Of a stretch of 64,000 bases of DNA, positions 1 through 12,549 are shown in pieces. This DNA is from Macrostomum lignano. Lineage: Eukaryota. The translations under genes were made by a program, and so were the position numbers. The DNA lies in NCBI GenBank assembly GCA_002269645.1, contig NIVC01000180.1, positions 310,001 through 374,000 of the forward strand, given 5' to 3'. Each line of letters begins with the position of its first letter. Position 1 is the stretch's first letter. Below the pieces are notes generated by a model that made no database searches, was not told the DNA's origin, and saw only the letters and a list, made by a program, of their open reading frames with translations.

Positions 1-486
1 GACACTCCAGAACCCCATCCCTGACACTCCAGAACCCCATCCCTGACACTCCATAACCCCATCACTGACACTCCAGAACCCCATCACTGACACTCCAGAA
101 CCCCATCCCTGACACTCCATAACCCCATCACTGACACTCCATAACCCCATCCCTGACACTCCAGAACCCCATCCCTGACACTCCATAACCCCATCACTGA
201 CACTCCAGAACCCCATCACTGACACTCCAGAACCCCATCCCTGACACTCCATAACCCCATCCCTGACACTCCAGAACCCCATCCCTGTCCCTGACACTCC
301 AGAACCCCATCCCTGACACTCCAGAACCCCCTGACACTCCAGAACCCCATCCCTGACACTCCAGAACCCCCCTGACACTCCAGAACCCCATCCCTGACAC
401 TCCAGAACCCCATCCCTGACACTCCAGAACCCCATCCCTGACACTCCAGAACCCCCCTGACACTTCAGAACCCCATCCCTGACACA
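1..486. repeat. 22-bp minisatellite (gacactccagaaccccatccct) in PIAS intron
   Basis: Tandem copies visible from base 1 to about 486, ending just before the PIAS exon donor. Confidence 0.95.
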
Positions 487-518
487 CTAGAACCCCATCC
501 CCGACACCGCACGCTCAC

Positions 519-2703
519 CCGAGATGTTAACTGGGCGCCCCGGCCGCATGGGCACGGAATTCTGCCGGCAGGTGGGCAGCGGCGGTGGCAGGCTGGTCAC
601 CTGGTTGGCGTTGACCGCCAAAGACACGCCTGGTGGGAAACAGTCGGGCAGCTCGCCCGGGCCGATCTTGAAGCAGCGCAGCAGCACCTGGACTCCATAG
701 TCGGTGCGCTGCCGGCCAACGCCTGGCAGACGGTAGCGGTTCAGGGCCACGGTCTCCGCCTGCTGCCGACTGAGCGAGAACGTCAGCTCAGCTGTCTGCT
801 GCCGGTTGTTTATCCGACTTGGCATCAGCGCAGTCGGCGGCATCACCATCTCCAGATGGTCGAAAAACGGATGCGGCTGGGGGGTTACGTCCAGTTGATG
901 GGCTGCTTGATGCTGCTGATGCAGAGGGTCGCGCAGCGGGTGAGGCTGGACGGCGGTACGCAGGACAGGGGAAACGCCTGCAAGGGAAAGAAGGGGGTCA
1001 GTTTGCAGGCTTTTCTTTTGACTTTTTGACTTGTGCCCCACCCAATCTGCTACCTCCAGTGCCCCACCCCAATCTGCTACCCCCAGTGCCCCACCCCAAT
1101 CTGCTACCTCCAGTGCCCCACCCCAATCTGCTACCTCCAGTGCCCCACCCCAATCTGCTACCTCCTGTGCCCCACCCCAATCTGCTACCCCCAGTGCCCC
1201 ACCCCAATCTGCTACCCCAGTGCCCCACCCCAATCTGCTACCTCCAGTGCCCCACCCCAATCTGCTACCCCAGTGCCCCACCCCAATCTGCTACCTCCAG
1301 TGCCCCACCCCAATCTGCTACCCCAGTGCCCCACCCCAATCTGCTACCCCCAGTGCCCCACCCCAATCTGCTACCCCAGTGCCCCACCCCAATCTGCTAC
1401 CTCCAGTGCCCCACCCCAATCTGCTACCTCCTGTGCCCCACCCCAATCTGCTACCTCCTGTGCCCCACCCCAATCTGCTACCCCCAGTGCCCCACCCCAA
1501 TCTGCTACCTCCAGTGCCCCCCACCCCAATCTGCTACCCCCAGTGCCCCACCCCAATCTGCTACCTCCAGTGCCCCACCCCAATCTGCTACCTCCTGTGC
1601 CCCACCCCAATCTGCTACCTCCTGTGCCCCACCCCAATCTGCCACCCCCAGTGCCCCACCCCAATCTGCTACCTCCTGTGCCCCACCCCAATCTGCTACC
1701 TCCTGTGCCCCACCCCAATCTGCCACCCCCAGTGCCCCACCCCAATCTGCCACCCCAGTGCCCCCCACCCCAATCTGCTACCCCAGTGCCCCACCCAATC
1801 TGCTACCCCCAGTGCCCCACCCCAATCTGCTACTACCAGGGCCCCATCTCAATCTGCTACCTCCAATGCCTTACCCCAATCTGCTACTCCCAGTGCCCCA
1901 CCCCAATCTGCTACCTCCAATCCCTTACCCCAATCTGATACTACTAGAATACTAGAAGATCGTTATCATACTATACTGCCAGTACTAGATCTCAATTATT
2001 TAAGAGCACAAAACGCTAGTATAAATAAGTTCGTTCACTTCGTCTTACCAACTGAGCTGGAATCTGCAGTCGCTTGCACAGCAGCGTGGGGCTGCGATGG
2101 GCGTCTTCGCACGCTTAAGCCAGACCCCGGACTGATGCCGACACCAGGGGCTGGATTAGCCGCTTGCGCTTGAGGCTGTTGAAACCGCAGGGCACCAGCT
2201 GGAACCGATGCTAGAGAGCCGCGATAACCACCGGCTGTAACAGAAGCTGCTGCCCGCTGCTGCTGCATAGTTGGAAACTTCATGTGCGTGAAAGATCCAC
2301 CATTAGACGTTGGAACAGAGTTGGCGAAGCCATTCTTGGGAAATGCATTAGAAGCTGTTAGTGAGCCAGGCTGCTCTTTGCTGCTTCGGTGTAAAAAACC
2401 ATTATTAATATCAGAGGATGAAGCGGGAGCCATACGAGGAGCCTGCATTCTGGACATTGTCATTGGCATCGGCATCGCGCCTGCCGAGCCCACGTTGCCA
2501 ATTTGTGGTCCGCGAGCTGTCGAAGTCGTGGCAGCATTACTGGCGTTTAGCATTTCGGTTCGGCGCCTGCCGATTGTTTCCAGCAATCTGCGACGAGACT
2601 CTTGAATGCTGTAACCGGCCGTTGATAGTGGCGCTCTGTTAGTGTTGGCACTGTTGGTTGGCATACCGCCTGCGCCTGCCGCATTGTTTGACTGTTGACT
2701 CAT
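519..2703 (-). CDS. PIAS: PIAS/Siz-family E3 SUMO ligase, 5' part (PINIT domain); gene continues off the left end
   Basis: Exons 2049-2703 and 519-977 join in frame (phase 1, GT-AG). The second exon encodes HPFFDHLEMVMPPTAL...VQVLLRCF...DCFPPGVSLAVN...PMRPGRPVNIS, matching the PIAS PINIT domain (PVNIS = PINIT motif). Confidence 0.85.
1032..1945. repeat. 27-28-bp minisatellite (tgccccaccccaatctgctacctccag) in PIAS intron
   Basis: Tandem copies; explains the Pro/Cys-rich ORFs in the track. Confidence 0.95.
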
Positions 2704-4934
2704 TTCATCTGATAGTGTCTTGTTGGACGTCTATAACTATATAGACTATAGTGTAGCTAGATTAGGGAACCTGGGTTTGATAGGTTTTCCCTGCAGTGAC
2801 AAGGCCTTGTGTAAATGCTAGATTGCTAGGGTGTAGACAGTAAGGGCAGACGCTCACGCTTTGGCTGTTAGAGTGAAGGTCTGTGGGCTGAGGGCGGGGT
2901 AAGAAAGAATAGAGCGTTTTTGCTTGAGGGAGCGACTATAGATAGCTTGCTATAGATCTCAAGGTCATTTCCTAAGCGATGCTATCTTTACCTAGGACTA
3001 AGAAGGTCTCGTGACTTTCTTTTCCACCAATAGAAATGCAGCTAGGACCCGAAATCTATAGTCAAGCTAGCGTGCACGCAAGCACTGCATGATAATTATA
3101 GAGTGGAAATTTCCAAGCTTTAGAAAATTCTACCCCCGCTATGGCATGGATCGATATGAGAGACGAAAGCTATCGGCCGGGGGTAGGGCTTTAGGGAGTG
3201 AGGCAAGGAAAGAAAGGGGGGTTTTATGTTTGACTCATGTGGCCCGTATAGTATAGGAGGGGTTTGAAGGGTTAGAGGAGAGAAAGGCAGTCAGTCTAGC
3301 AAGCTAGGGTGTACACTGGCCACGCGTGGGTAGGCCAAAAGGAGGACGCTGAGGAAAGGAAAGAAGGGAGGGGTGCGCGGTTAGAAAAGCTATAGAGTTA
3401 GGCAGACGGGCCGGCCGGGTAGAGAGAGAAAAGCTACGTGTGGGTGGGTGAGTGAGTGAACAGATAGGAAAAGGCGTGCTTGCCTTGCCTATACGCGAGT
3501 GGGGTGTAGGGACGAGGCGGCGCCTATAGATGCGAGGTTTTTCATGAACTGCAGGCCACCCACCCCAATAGCTAGATAGCCAAGAGATAAAGCTATGTGG
3601 GTAAGAGAAGGTTAGTCCGGTTAGACAGAAAGGGAAGGAAAGGCGTACGCTTTTACCCCTCAGAGGCAGAGCCAGACCAGAGGCAAGGCAAGGCAATGTG
3701 GACTCCGCCCCCTGTGTTCGTTCTCCCTCAATGATATTCAATAGGGCTCATACTCTAGGCATTCTAGGCTATGGTCTATCCATGGGTGTGTAGGGCGCGC
3801 TTGATGTCTAAACTGCGCTTGTGGTCTGTAGATTACCCCTTAGCCTTGTCCCTTAGCCCTTCGTCGTTTTGCTTTTATACACCAACATTGGAAAGTGGAA
3901 TAAAGAAAGTTAATCAATGACAATGAGATGACACTTATTTGATTTAACTTAGCTACCCCTAATCCCTCCTAAATTTTCTCTATAATTAACTTAGTACACT
4001 TATATAATTTGCTATTTAGAGTTCTCATTCGGGTATTCAGCTATAGAATCGAAAAGTAAACATTGATTTTGCACTAATCCTATGTATCTTATTCTATGCA
4101 GAGTAGTAGAAAGCACATAGCCACATGGCACATACTGGTGATACTGATAAGTTGCTTACTGGTTAGTGTCAGTTGCACTGTAAACTACAGTTTAAATTTC
4201 ACATGCATGCCATACATTGAATTTGTTGTTTCTATTCAAAGTAGGCATGATTTCTCAATTCTAGCTTGCAAAGTTGTAAGTCGAAATTGGCGATGTAGCT
4301 CGTATAATATGGACAGTGGACACTTAAAAAGTACGTACGCTCATGTAAGATAGCAGGAAGACCAAGGGGACTTAAAGTACATCGGAAAAAGCATGGTGAC
4401 AATAAACTTTAACTACGCTCGTAGGAAGATCAAAAGTAATAAATTGTATAATTCATGTTCATAATTAGGAGCTAGGAAGCTGTCTTTATTATAAGTTTAA
4501 TAAGTTAATTAAAGCCCTTCATTCATTCCTTTATAGCTGCCATTGTATTACTGAAACGTAGTGAGCGAAGGAGAGAAACACAAGAATAGCTGTTTCTCCT
4601 ACTAATAATCAAACAGTAGTATGCATCGATTTTCCTTGAAAGATTTTTAGTTTTATTTACTCGTAAAGCTAAAAGCAGTATGCTGAAAAAACACTGGTTT
4701 TGAAAATCAAGTGAAAATAATTAATCCTTAGACCAGACTATTCAATTAGGAACGGACAAGTCTTCCAAAAATCGAGGTTCTCGCTCTGTAGCTTCACCTG
4801 TCCAGCCATTATTGGCCCTCAGATGCAATTACTCTCGTTCGCACCTGCTCAGTTTAATGCAACCACAAGCAGGGAAAAGTGAGAAGCCAATTATCCAGCA
4901 GGTCAACACTTAATTTGCTTACACGCTGCATAAG

Positions 4935-5735
4935 TTAGTTGGCGCCTGTCTTGGATTTGGCGCCTGTCATGGATTTGGCGCCTGTCATGGATTTGGCGCC
5001 TGTCATGGATTTGGCGCCTGTCATGGACTTGGCGCCTGTCATGGATTTGGCGCCTGTCATGGATTTGGCGCCTGTCATGGATTTGGCGCCTGTCATGGAT
5101 TTGGCGCCTGTCATGGATTTGGCGCCTGTCATGGATTTGGCGCCTGTCATGGATTTGGCGCCTGTCTTGGATTTGGCGCCCGAGCGGCTCTGAATCTGGT
5201 GATCGCCTTGGATTTTTGACGCCTGTCTTGGATTTAGCGCCTGTCATGGATTTGGCGCCTGTCTTGGATTTGGCGCCTGTCATGGATTTGGCGCCTGTCT
5301 TGGATTTGGCGCCCGAGCGGCTCTGAATCTGGTGATCGCCTTGGATTTTTGACGCCTGTCTTGGATTTAGCGCCTGTCATGGATTTGGCGCCTGTCTTGG
5401 ATTTGGCGCCTATCTTGGATTTGGCGCCTGTCTTCGATTTGGCACCTGAGTGGCTCTGAATCTGGTTACCGCCTTGGATTTGGCGCCTGTCTTGGATTTA
5501 GCGCCTGTCATGGATTTGGCGCCTGTCATGGATTTGGCGCCTGTCTTGGATTTGGCGCCTGTCTTGGATTTGGCGCCTGTCATGGATTTGGCGCCTGTCT
5601 TGGATTTGGCGCCTGTCTTGGATTTGGCGCCTATCTTGGATTTGGCGCCTGTCTTCGATTTGGCACCTGAGTGGCTCTGAATCTGGTTACCGCCTTGGAT
5701 TTGACGCCTGTCTTGCATTTGGCGCCTGTCCTGCA
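4935..5735. repeat. 18-bp minisatellite (atggatttggcgcctgtc), intergenic
   Basis: Tandem 18-mers containing a GGCGCC palindrome, with periodic variant blocks (higher-order repeat). Confidence 0.95.
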
Positions 5736-6059
5736 TAAGATTGGATTTTAGCATTTTAACCCTTTATTGAAGTTGGAGTATTATTTTGCACCTATACAGG
5801 TAACGAAAACATGAATATTTATTAAGACATGTTACGGACGCAACGCATATGTGGGAGGATACGCTCTTAAAGCGTGACGGCACTCTTAAATTAAGCAATT
5901 CTTCAATTGACAGGTTTGTTTTATTGCAATAACAGTTATTAGACAATTAGCACTGCCATCACCACTTAGGGACTGGACTAATTCCCGGATTTCTCTACAT
6001 TCTTTTCCCAAATCCCGGAGTCATATGAACTCGATCGCCTCAGCAAACCGCTCTGTCCA

Positions 6060-8226
6060 TCAGTTGTTGTTGATGTTCCTGCAGTGGGCGGTGTTCACCG
6101 GCTCGCAGACGCCCGGGTGACCCGAGGCCGCCTGAGGCGGCGCCGTTCCGACCCTCCACACGCAGTTGGGGTCGCCCAGCTCGGCGCCGTTGGACCGGCC
6201 GTCTTGGTCGGAATCGGCGCGGCAAAGTCCCTGGGTCCAGGCCTGGCGTGAGGCAAAGTGCACAAAATCTGGCTTTTTATTCAGCGCGAGAACCGGAGTT
6301 TAAGGCTGACCTCCATTCTATATCAGAGGCTGCTAATGGAAAATAAAACACAGGTAAAATTTCTTTTGTTTCTAGATATTTATCTAGACAGAATATTGCT
6401 TGATCTGGCAAATCATTTCTTCGTTGCTGAGCTGAGTGGGCATTCTGCCATTCATTGGTTGATTTGTTATTAAAAAACTGAGCACAAGTTCTGTTGTCTC
6501 GAGGCCATCGCAGCTGAGGGTCAAGACTGAAAGCCCAGTTTATCTTTTTGCGGAGCCTCTAAAGCCTGTCAGGGATGCCTTTCTGGTTTTATAGAGGTGT
6601 CAATCTGAGAAATGGAGTTCTAGCCCAGTGGTCAGAGCATCGGACTCACGACTGGTTGGTCGATGGTTCGATTCTCGACCCACTCGGAACAATTTGTATC
6701 CTTGAGCGAGACCCTTAATTCTGCATTGCTTCAGTTCATCCAGCTGTAAAATGGGTGCCAGCATTTGCTGGGGTAATTAAGGGTCTGTGTTGCGACCCCC
6801 CAGTCCTCGGACTAAACAGCCGTACGCAGCCTTCAGATGCGCCGAGCAATAGCTGCGGCTGAGCTGTCGGTTGCACATCTGCCCTTTATGACACCTGTCA
6901 TAAAAAAAAATCTGGGACTGCTAGAGGTGTCAATCTGGGACTGCTAGAGGTGTCAATCTGGGACTGCTAGAGGTGTCAATCTGGGACTGCTAGAGATGTC
7001 AATCTGGGACTGCTAGAGGTGTCAATCTGGGACTGCTAGAGTGTCAATCTGGGACTGCTAGAGGTGTCAATCTGGGACTGCTAGAGGTGTCAATCTGGGA
7101 CTGCCACAGGTGTCAATCTGGGACTGCCATGGAGGTGTCAATCTGGGACTGCTAGAGGTGTCAATCTGGGACTGCTAGAGGTGTCAATCTGGGACTGCTA
7201 GAGGTGTCAATCTGGGACTGCCACAGGTGTCAATCTGGGACTGCTAGAGGTGTCAATCTGGGACTGCCACAGGTGTCAATCTGGGACTGCTAGAGGTGTC
7301 AATCTGGGACTGCTAGAGGTGTCAATCTGGGACTGCTAGGGGTGTCAATCTGGGACTGCTAGAGGTGTCAATCTGGGGCTGCTAGAGGTGTCAATCTGGG
7401 ACTGCTAGAGGTGTCAATCTGGGACTGCTAGAGGTGTCAATCTGGGACTGCTAGAGGTGTCAATCTGGGACGGCTAGAGGTGTCAATCTGGGACTGCTAG
7501 AGGTGTCAATCTGGGACTGCTAGAGGTGTCAATCTGGGACTGCTAGAGGTGTCAATCTGGGACGGCTAGAGGTGTCAATCTGGGACTGCTAGAGGTGTCA
7601 ATCTGGGACTGCTAGAGGTGTCAATCTGGGACTGCTAGAGGTGTCAATCTGGGACGGCTAGAGGTGTCAATCTGGGACTGCTAGAGGTGTCAATCTGGGA
7701 CTGCTAGAGGTGTCAATCTGGGACTGCTAGAGGTGTCAATCTGGGACTGCTAGAGATGTCAATCTGGGACTGCCATGGAGGTGTCAATCTGGGACTGCCA
7801 TGGAGGTGTCAATCTGGGACTGCCACAGGTGTCAATCTGGGACTGCCACAGGTGTCAATCTGGGACTGCCATGGAGGTGTCAATCTGGGACTGCCACAGG
7901 TGTCAATCTGGGACTGCCATGGAGGTGTCAATCTGGGACTGCCACAGGTGTCAATCTGGGACTGCCATGGAGGTGTCAATCTGGGACCAGATTCAATAAC
8001 TCACATTATTATTGAGCCCGAAATCAATTCCAAAGGGATTCCGCATGCCGGCGCCTTCCTTGCTCCTGTGGCCCACGCCCGGCCAGGTGCCTCCAGGTGT
8101 GAAGGGGTCTGGGACGCTGTTCCCGTTGGGGATCCTGGCCTGATACGTGCGCCTGGCCTGCGACTCCCCAACAAAGCAGAGGGCCACCGCGGCCACCGCT
8201 AGAAGGAGCGCCGACCTTTTCTGCAT
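6060..8226 (-). CDS. Temptin-like secreted protein, about 134 aa
   Basis: Exons 8005-8226 and 6060-6242 (phase 0, GT-AG). Signal peptide MQKRSALLLAVAAVALC, then IPNGNSVP, WPGVGH, RNPFGIDF, WTQGLCRADSDQDGRSNGAELGDPNCVW and HPGVCEP, the characteristic temptin motif series. Confidence 0.85.
6614..6910 (+). mobile_element. tRNA-derived SINE with CORE/V-like central domain, in temptin intron
   Basis: A box TAGCCCAGTGG (6621-6631), B box GGTTCGATTCT (6665-6675), central ccttgagcgagacccttaa...cttcagttcatccagctgtaaaatggg resembling the MIR CORE consensus, and an A-tail at 6902-6910. Confidence 0.75.
6909..7988. repeat. 23-bp minisatellite (ggtgtcaatctgggactgctaga) in temptin intron
   Basis: Tandem copies, with gctaga/gccaca/gccatgga variants clustered toward one end. 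Confidence 0.95.
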
Positions 8227-9416
8227 GCTTGAATCAGACGAGTTGCTGTTAAACTTCACTTCAATGGGTAACTCAGTTATGGCCACTCGCTTGGAGTATA
8301 TATATATGACTTAAGCACGCTGTTATTAGCGAATATAGGAATGCACTTTAGCCATACCGCTCAGTCTATTCGCTAATCTCTCTCCCCAGTGATAATAAGA
8401 AAGGTTGAGCACTACTCTCTGTTTAATCATAATTTTGCACACAAACTATAACGCCATCAGGCAGCGTTCTCAAGCTCAAGCAGGAATCGCAGGTTGGACT
8501 GCGTCGTGCCGCGCTGCCGTTAATGCTTCTTAATATTCTTATCCAGTTTAACAGGTGGCGATACGGCCGAAGCAGATAGGTGGTCACTTATTAAGACTGA
8601 GGCAGAAACTGTTATTCACTGTGCCAGAGGGTACGAGAGGTTGAAGGACCGACCTGGTGGAACTTTTGAGGCAGAAAATCGATAAATCGATCTTCACCCG
8701 AACCCCCCATGGGGGAGGGGGAGGGGGTAGAAAAGGAGCCGAGGTTGAAAGGGATACGGAAAAAATCGATAATACGATCGAAGCCTTCAGTTCAAACCCA
8801 GCTATTTTTCAACACCAATCCCTAAATTCCCAGCGTAACGATTCAACTGCTCAGAAAAAAGCTGCTAATTAATAATAATCTGACATGGCAGTCTGTACAC
8901 AAATTTAGATTGTGGCGCACTACTTTAGCAAGCCTCCGTTAACCGTGAGGCCACTGCTGGCTTTGTTGGGCCGTCACGCGATGACGGGAGATTAATAACA
9001 CAGATATATAAGCGAGCACGGTGCAGAACCAATCAGCGAACAGCAGTCACTGCAGCAGATGTGTGTTTGCAGTGACAGCAGCAGCCAGTCGACTCAGGCC
9101 CCCGGCGACAACCCCTCGACCCGCTGCTCCTCAGCTCGAAATAAGAATCCCCATCGGGACTATTCCGGCATCAAAATTGCAGCGAGCGGCAGGCTGGGGA
9201 GAAGCAGAGTCCCACTGGGGACAGCCGGTGCAGCACCACAGCCGCTTTAGAAAGTCACTTTAGAAAGTCAGGGGAGCAATTTTTTATCTGTGACGGATTT
9301 GGCTGCAGAAACAGCAGGTTTCTAATAGCTGTTTTGTTTCAATCTTACATAGCGATCGGAGAGACAACGTCAGGCTGAAATAAAATTGACTGCTGACTCA
9401 GCTGGAACTTGTAGGC

Positions 9417-12400
9417 ATGCGACCGTCTGTCAGGACCGTTGACAAGAGCATCCTGGTCATCTGCGGCTGCGGGCTGGCCGCCTCCATCGTGGCCATCTCC
9501 CGGCTGTCCACCTGGCCCATCGTCATGGAGGAGGACCACTCCGGAGAGGGTGAGATAACGCCTTTTGGACAAACATTCTGCACCATTTTTCCCCCTTCTA
9601 GAGCCCTCTACAGCCAATTCACCACCCCACTCTGCAGCCCTCTACAGCCAATTCACCACCCATTCTGCAGCCCTCTACAGCTAATTCACCACCCCACTCT
9701 GCAGCCCTCTACAGCCAATTCACCACCCCACTCTGCAGCCCTCTACAGCCAATTCACCACCCCACTAGGCAGCCCTCTACAGCCAATTCACCACCCCACT
9801 CTGCAGCCCTCTACAGCCAATTCACCACCCCATTCTGCAGCCCTCTACAGCCAATTCACCACCCCACTCTGCAGCCCTCTACAGCCAATTCACCACCCCA
9901 CTAGGCAGCCCTCTACAGCCAATTCACCACCCCACTCTGCAGCCCTCTACAGCCAATTCACCACCCCATTCTGCAGCCCTCTACAGCCAATTCACCACCC
10001 CACTCTGCAGCCCTCTACAGCCAATTCACCACCCATTCTGCAGCCCTCTACAGCTAATTCACCACCCCACTCTGCAGCCCTCTACAGCCAATTCACCACC
10101 CCACTCTGCAGCCCTCTACAGCCAATTCACCACCCCACTAGGCAGCCCTCTACAGCCAATTCACCACCCCACTCTGCAGCCCTCTACAGCCAATTCACCA
10201 CCCCATTCTGCAGCCCTCTACAGCCAATTCACCACCCCACTCTGCAGCCCTCTACAGCCAATTCACCACCCCACTCTGCAGCCCTCTACAGCCAATTCAC
10301 CACCCCACTCAGCAGCCACCTAGCTCACGCACCACCCCACTCAGCAGCCACCTAGCTCACGCACCACCCCACTCAGCAGCCACCTAGCTCACGCACCACC
10401 CCACTCAGCAGCCACCTAGCTCACGCACCACCCCACTCTGCAGCCACCTTGCTCACGCACCACCCCACTCTGCAGCCACCTAGCTCACGCACCACCCCAC
10501 TCTGCAGCCACCTTGCTCACCCACCAACCAATCCTTGAAGAAATCAAGCGCAAGGAGAAATAAATGGTTAATTTAAAGCAGAGCAGTTAAACGAGGATTA
10601 AAGAAACTCGCTGCTGTATTTGCGAAGAGGGATATTTTTTAATTACTGATTGAATAACGCACAAAGCGTTAAAAAGATTGGCTGCTCTTCGTTTGTGCAA
10701 TTTTTTTTACGAAATTCAATCGCAAAAATAAAATTGCCCTGTTTTCCTGTTCAATTTAATTAACGTTAGACAAAAACTGGCTGGCACACAGTAAAAATCT
10801 CTTTTATTCCCAGCTGAAATCCGCGGGCACAGGCTGGGGAAGGACGCATCAGTAATTGATGAAGAGAGATGGGAAGCTGTCTCCTCACTGCGGAATGAAA
10901 ACATGCCCCGGTTTTCGGCTTGATAAACGCGAGCTCAGACAGCCAAGTAAAAAGGCTCTGCCGATTTGAAAAAGGCGTTTTGATACTGTACACATGGGAT
11001 ATAGAAGCCTGCCGCTGTCCCACTGCTAGACATGAATTTCACCTGTTGGATATGAATGTCATCTGTTAGACATGGATGTCATCTGTTAGATATGGATATC
11101 ACCTGTTAGACATGGATGTCATCTGTTAGATATGGATGTCACCTGTTAGATATGGATGTCACCTGTTAGATATGGATGTCACCTGTTAGATATGGATGTC
11201 ACTTGTTAGATATGGATGTCACCTGTTAGATATGGATGTCACCTGTTAGATATGGATGTCACCTGTTAGATATGGATGTCACCTGTTAGACATGGATGTC
11301 ATCTGTTAGATATGGATGTCACCTGTTAGATATGGATGTCACCTGTTAGATATGGATGTCACCTGTTAGATATGGATGTCACCTGTTAGATATGGATGTC
11401 ACCTGTTAGACATGGATGTCATCTGTTAGATATGGATGTCACCTGTTAGATATGGATGTCACCTGTTAGATATGGATGTCACCTGTTAGATATGGATGTC
11501 ACCTGTTAGATATGGATGTCACCTGTTAGATATGGATGTCACCTGTTAGACATGTCAAATATGGATGTCACCTGTGAGACAGGGGTGTCACCTGTGAGAC
11601 AGGGGAGTCACCTGTGAGACTAGGGTGTCACCTGTGAGACTGGGGAGTCATCTGTGAGACTGGGGAGTCACCTGTGAGACAGGGGAGTCACCTGTGAGAA
11701 TGGGGGGTCACCTGTGAGACTAGGGTGTCACCTGTGAGACTGGGGTGTCACCTGTGAGACTGGGGAGTCACCTGTGAGACAGGGGAGTCACCTGTGAGAA
11801 TGGGGGGTCACCTGTGAGACAGGGGAGTCATCTGTGAGACTTGGGTGCCATCTGTGAGACAAGCCCGATATTCATCCATTTCAGCCGATTTCACCAAAAC
11901 GAAGGCGGCCTTCATAATCGGTCTGATGGCGTCCGCAGCCTCCCTGGGCATCGGCATCGTGAGAATGAGGCTGGACAGATGCGCCGGAAGCAAAACCCTG
12001 CGAATGATGTTTGTGAGCAGTCTGCTGGCCTCCTGTGAGTCCGGGACTTGGGTTCGGGGGTTTGGGATTCTCGATAGGTTGGGAATCGGAGATCTGGATT
12101 CGAGTCTCGGACCTTCCCTCCGCTCCCCACAGTCCTATGCCTGCTGGTGACCGTGGCAGTCTGGGGCGACTTCATTAATCACGGCGAGCGCAACGCCCTG
12201 CACCGAAACGTGCTGCCCTGGTCCTACTGGGTGGCCGTGGCAGCGGCTGTCCTGCAGTTCCTGGCCTTCCTGTTGTACATCATCCGGTCCGACTTCAAGG
12301 ACTCACCTGGCGCCGCCGCTGCCGGAGGCGCCGCCACCGCCACGCTTGCAGGCGCCGGTGGAAGCCGCCAACTGCAGAGCTTCACGGCTGACGCGCACGA

Positions 12401-12437
12401 CGACAACGCCGACGCCGCGGGTCGAGTGTTTGTTTAA
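9417..12437 (+). CDS. Four-transmembrane claudin/PMP22/EMP-like protein, about 195 aa
   Basis: Exons 9417-9549, 11885-12034 and 12133-12437 join in frame (phase 1, 1). Four hydrophobic helices; TM4 is preceded by WSYWVAVAA, typical of the PMP22/claudin superfamily. Confidence 0.65.
9598..10530. repeat. 34-bp minisatellite (cagccctctacagccaattcaccaccccactctg) grading into a related ~31-bp unit
   Basis: Tandem copies in intron 1 of the four-TM gene. Confidence 0.95.
11030..11860. repeat. Two abutting 20-bp minisatellites (gatatggatgtcacctgtta; cacctgtgagacaggggagt)
   Basis: Both blocks share the gtcacctgt core; the switch is at about 11565. Confidence 0.95.
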
Positions 12438-12549
12438 CTGCCCCAAGCATTCCTAGAACTCCGGAGTTGTTGACGAAATTGAAGAAAGCGCCGACATGTT
12501 TTGTAAATAACTTATTTAAGTATGCAGCCAAATATAACCATGCTGTAGC

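Noticed and set aside
3304-4353. Short ORFs upstream of PIAS
   Set aside because: No coding-like composition, motifs or splice support.
4903-5754. MTGAKS / DLAPV repeat ORFs resembling antifreeze or ice-binding repeats
   Set aside because: An 18-bp unit is open in several frames on both strands; no signal peptide or unique domain.
10813-10923. Candidate middle exon for the four-TM gene
   Set aside because: The frame hits a stop and has no phase-1 donor.
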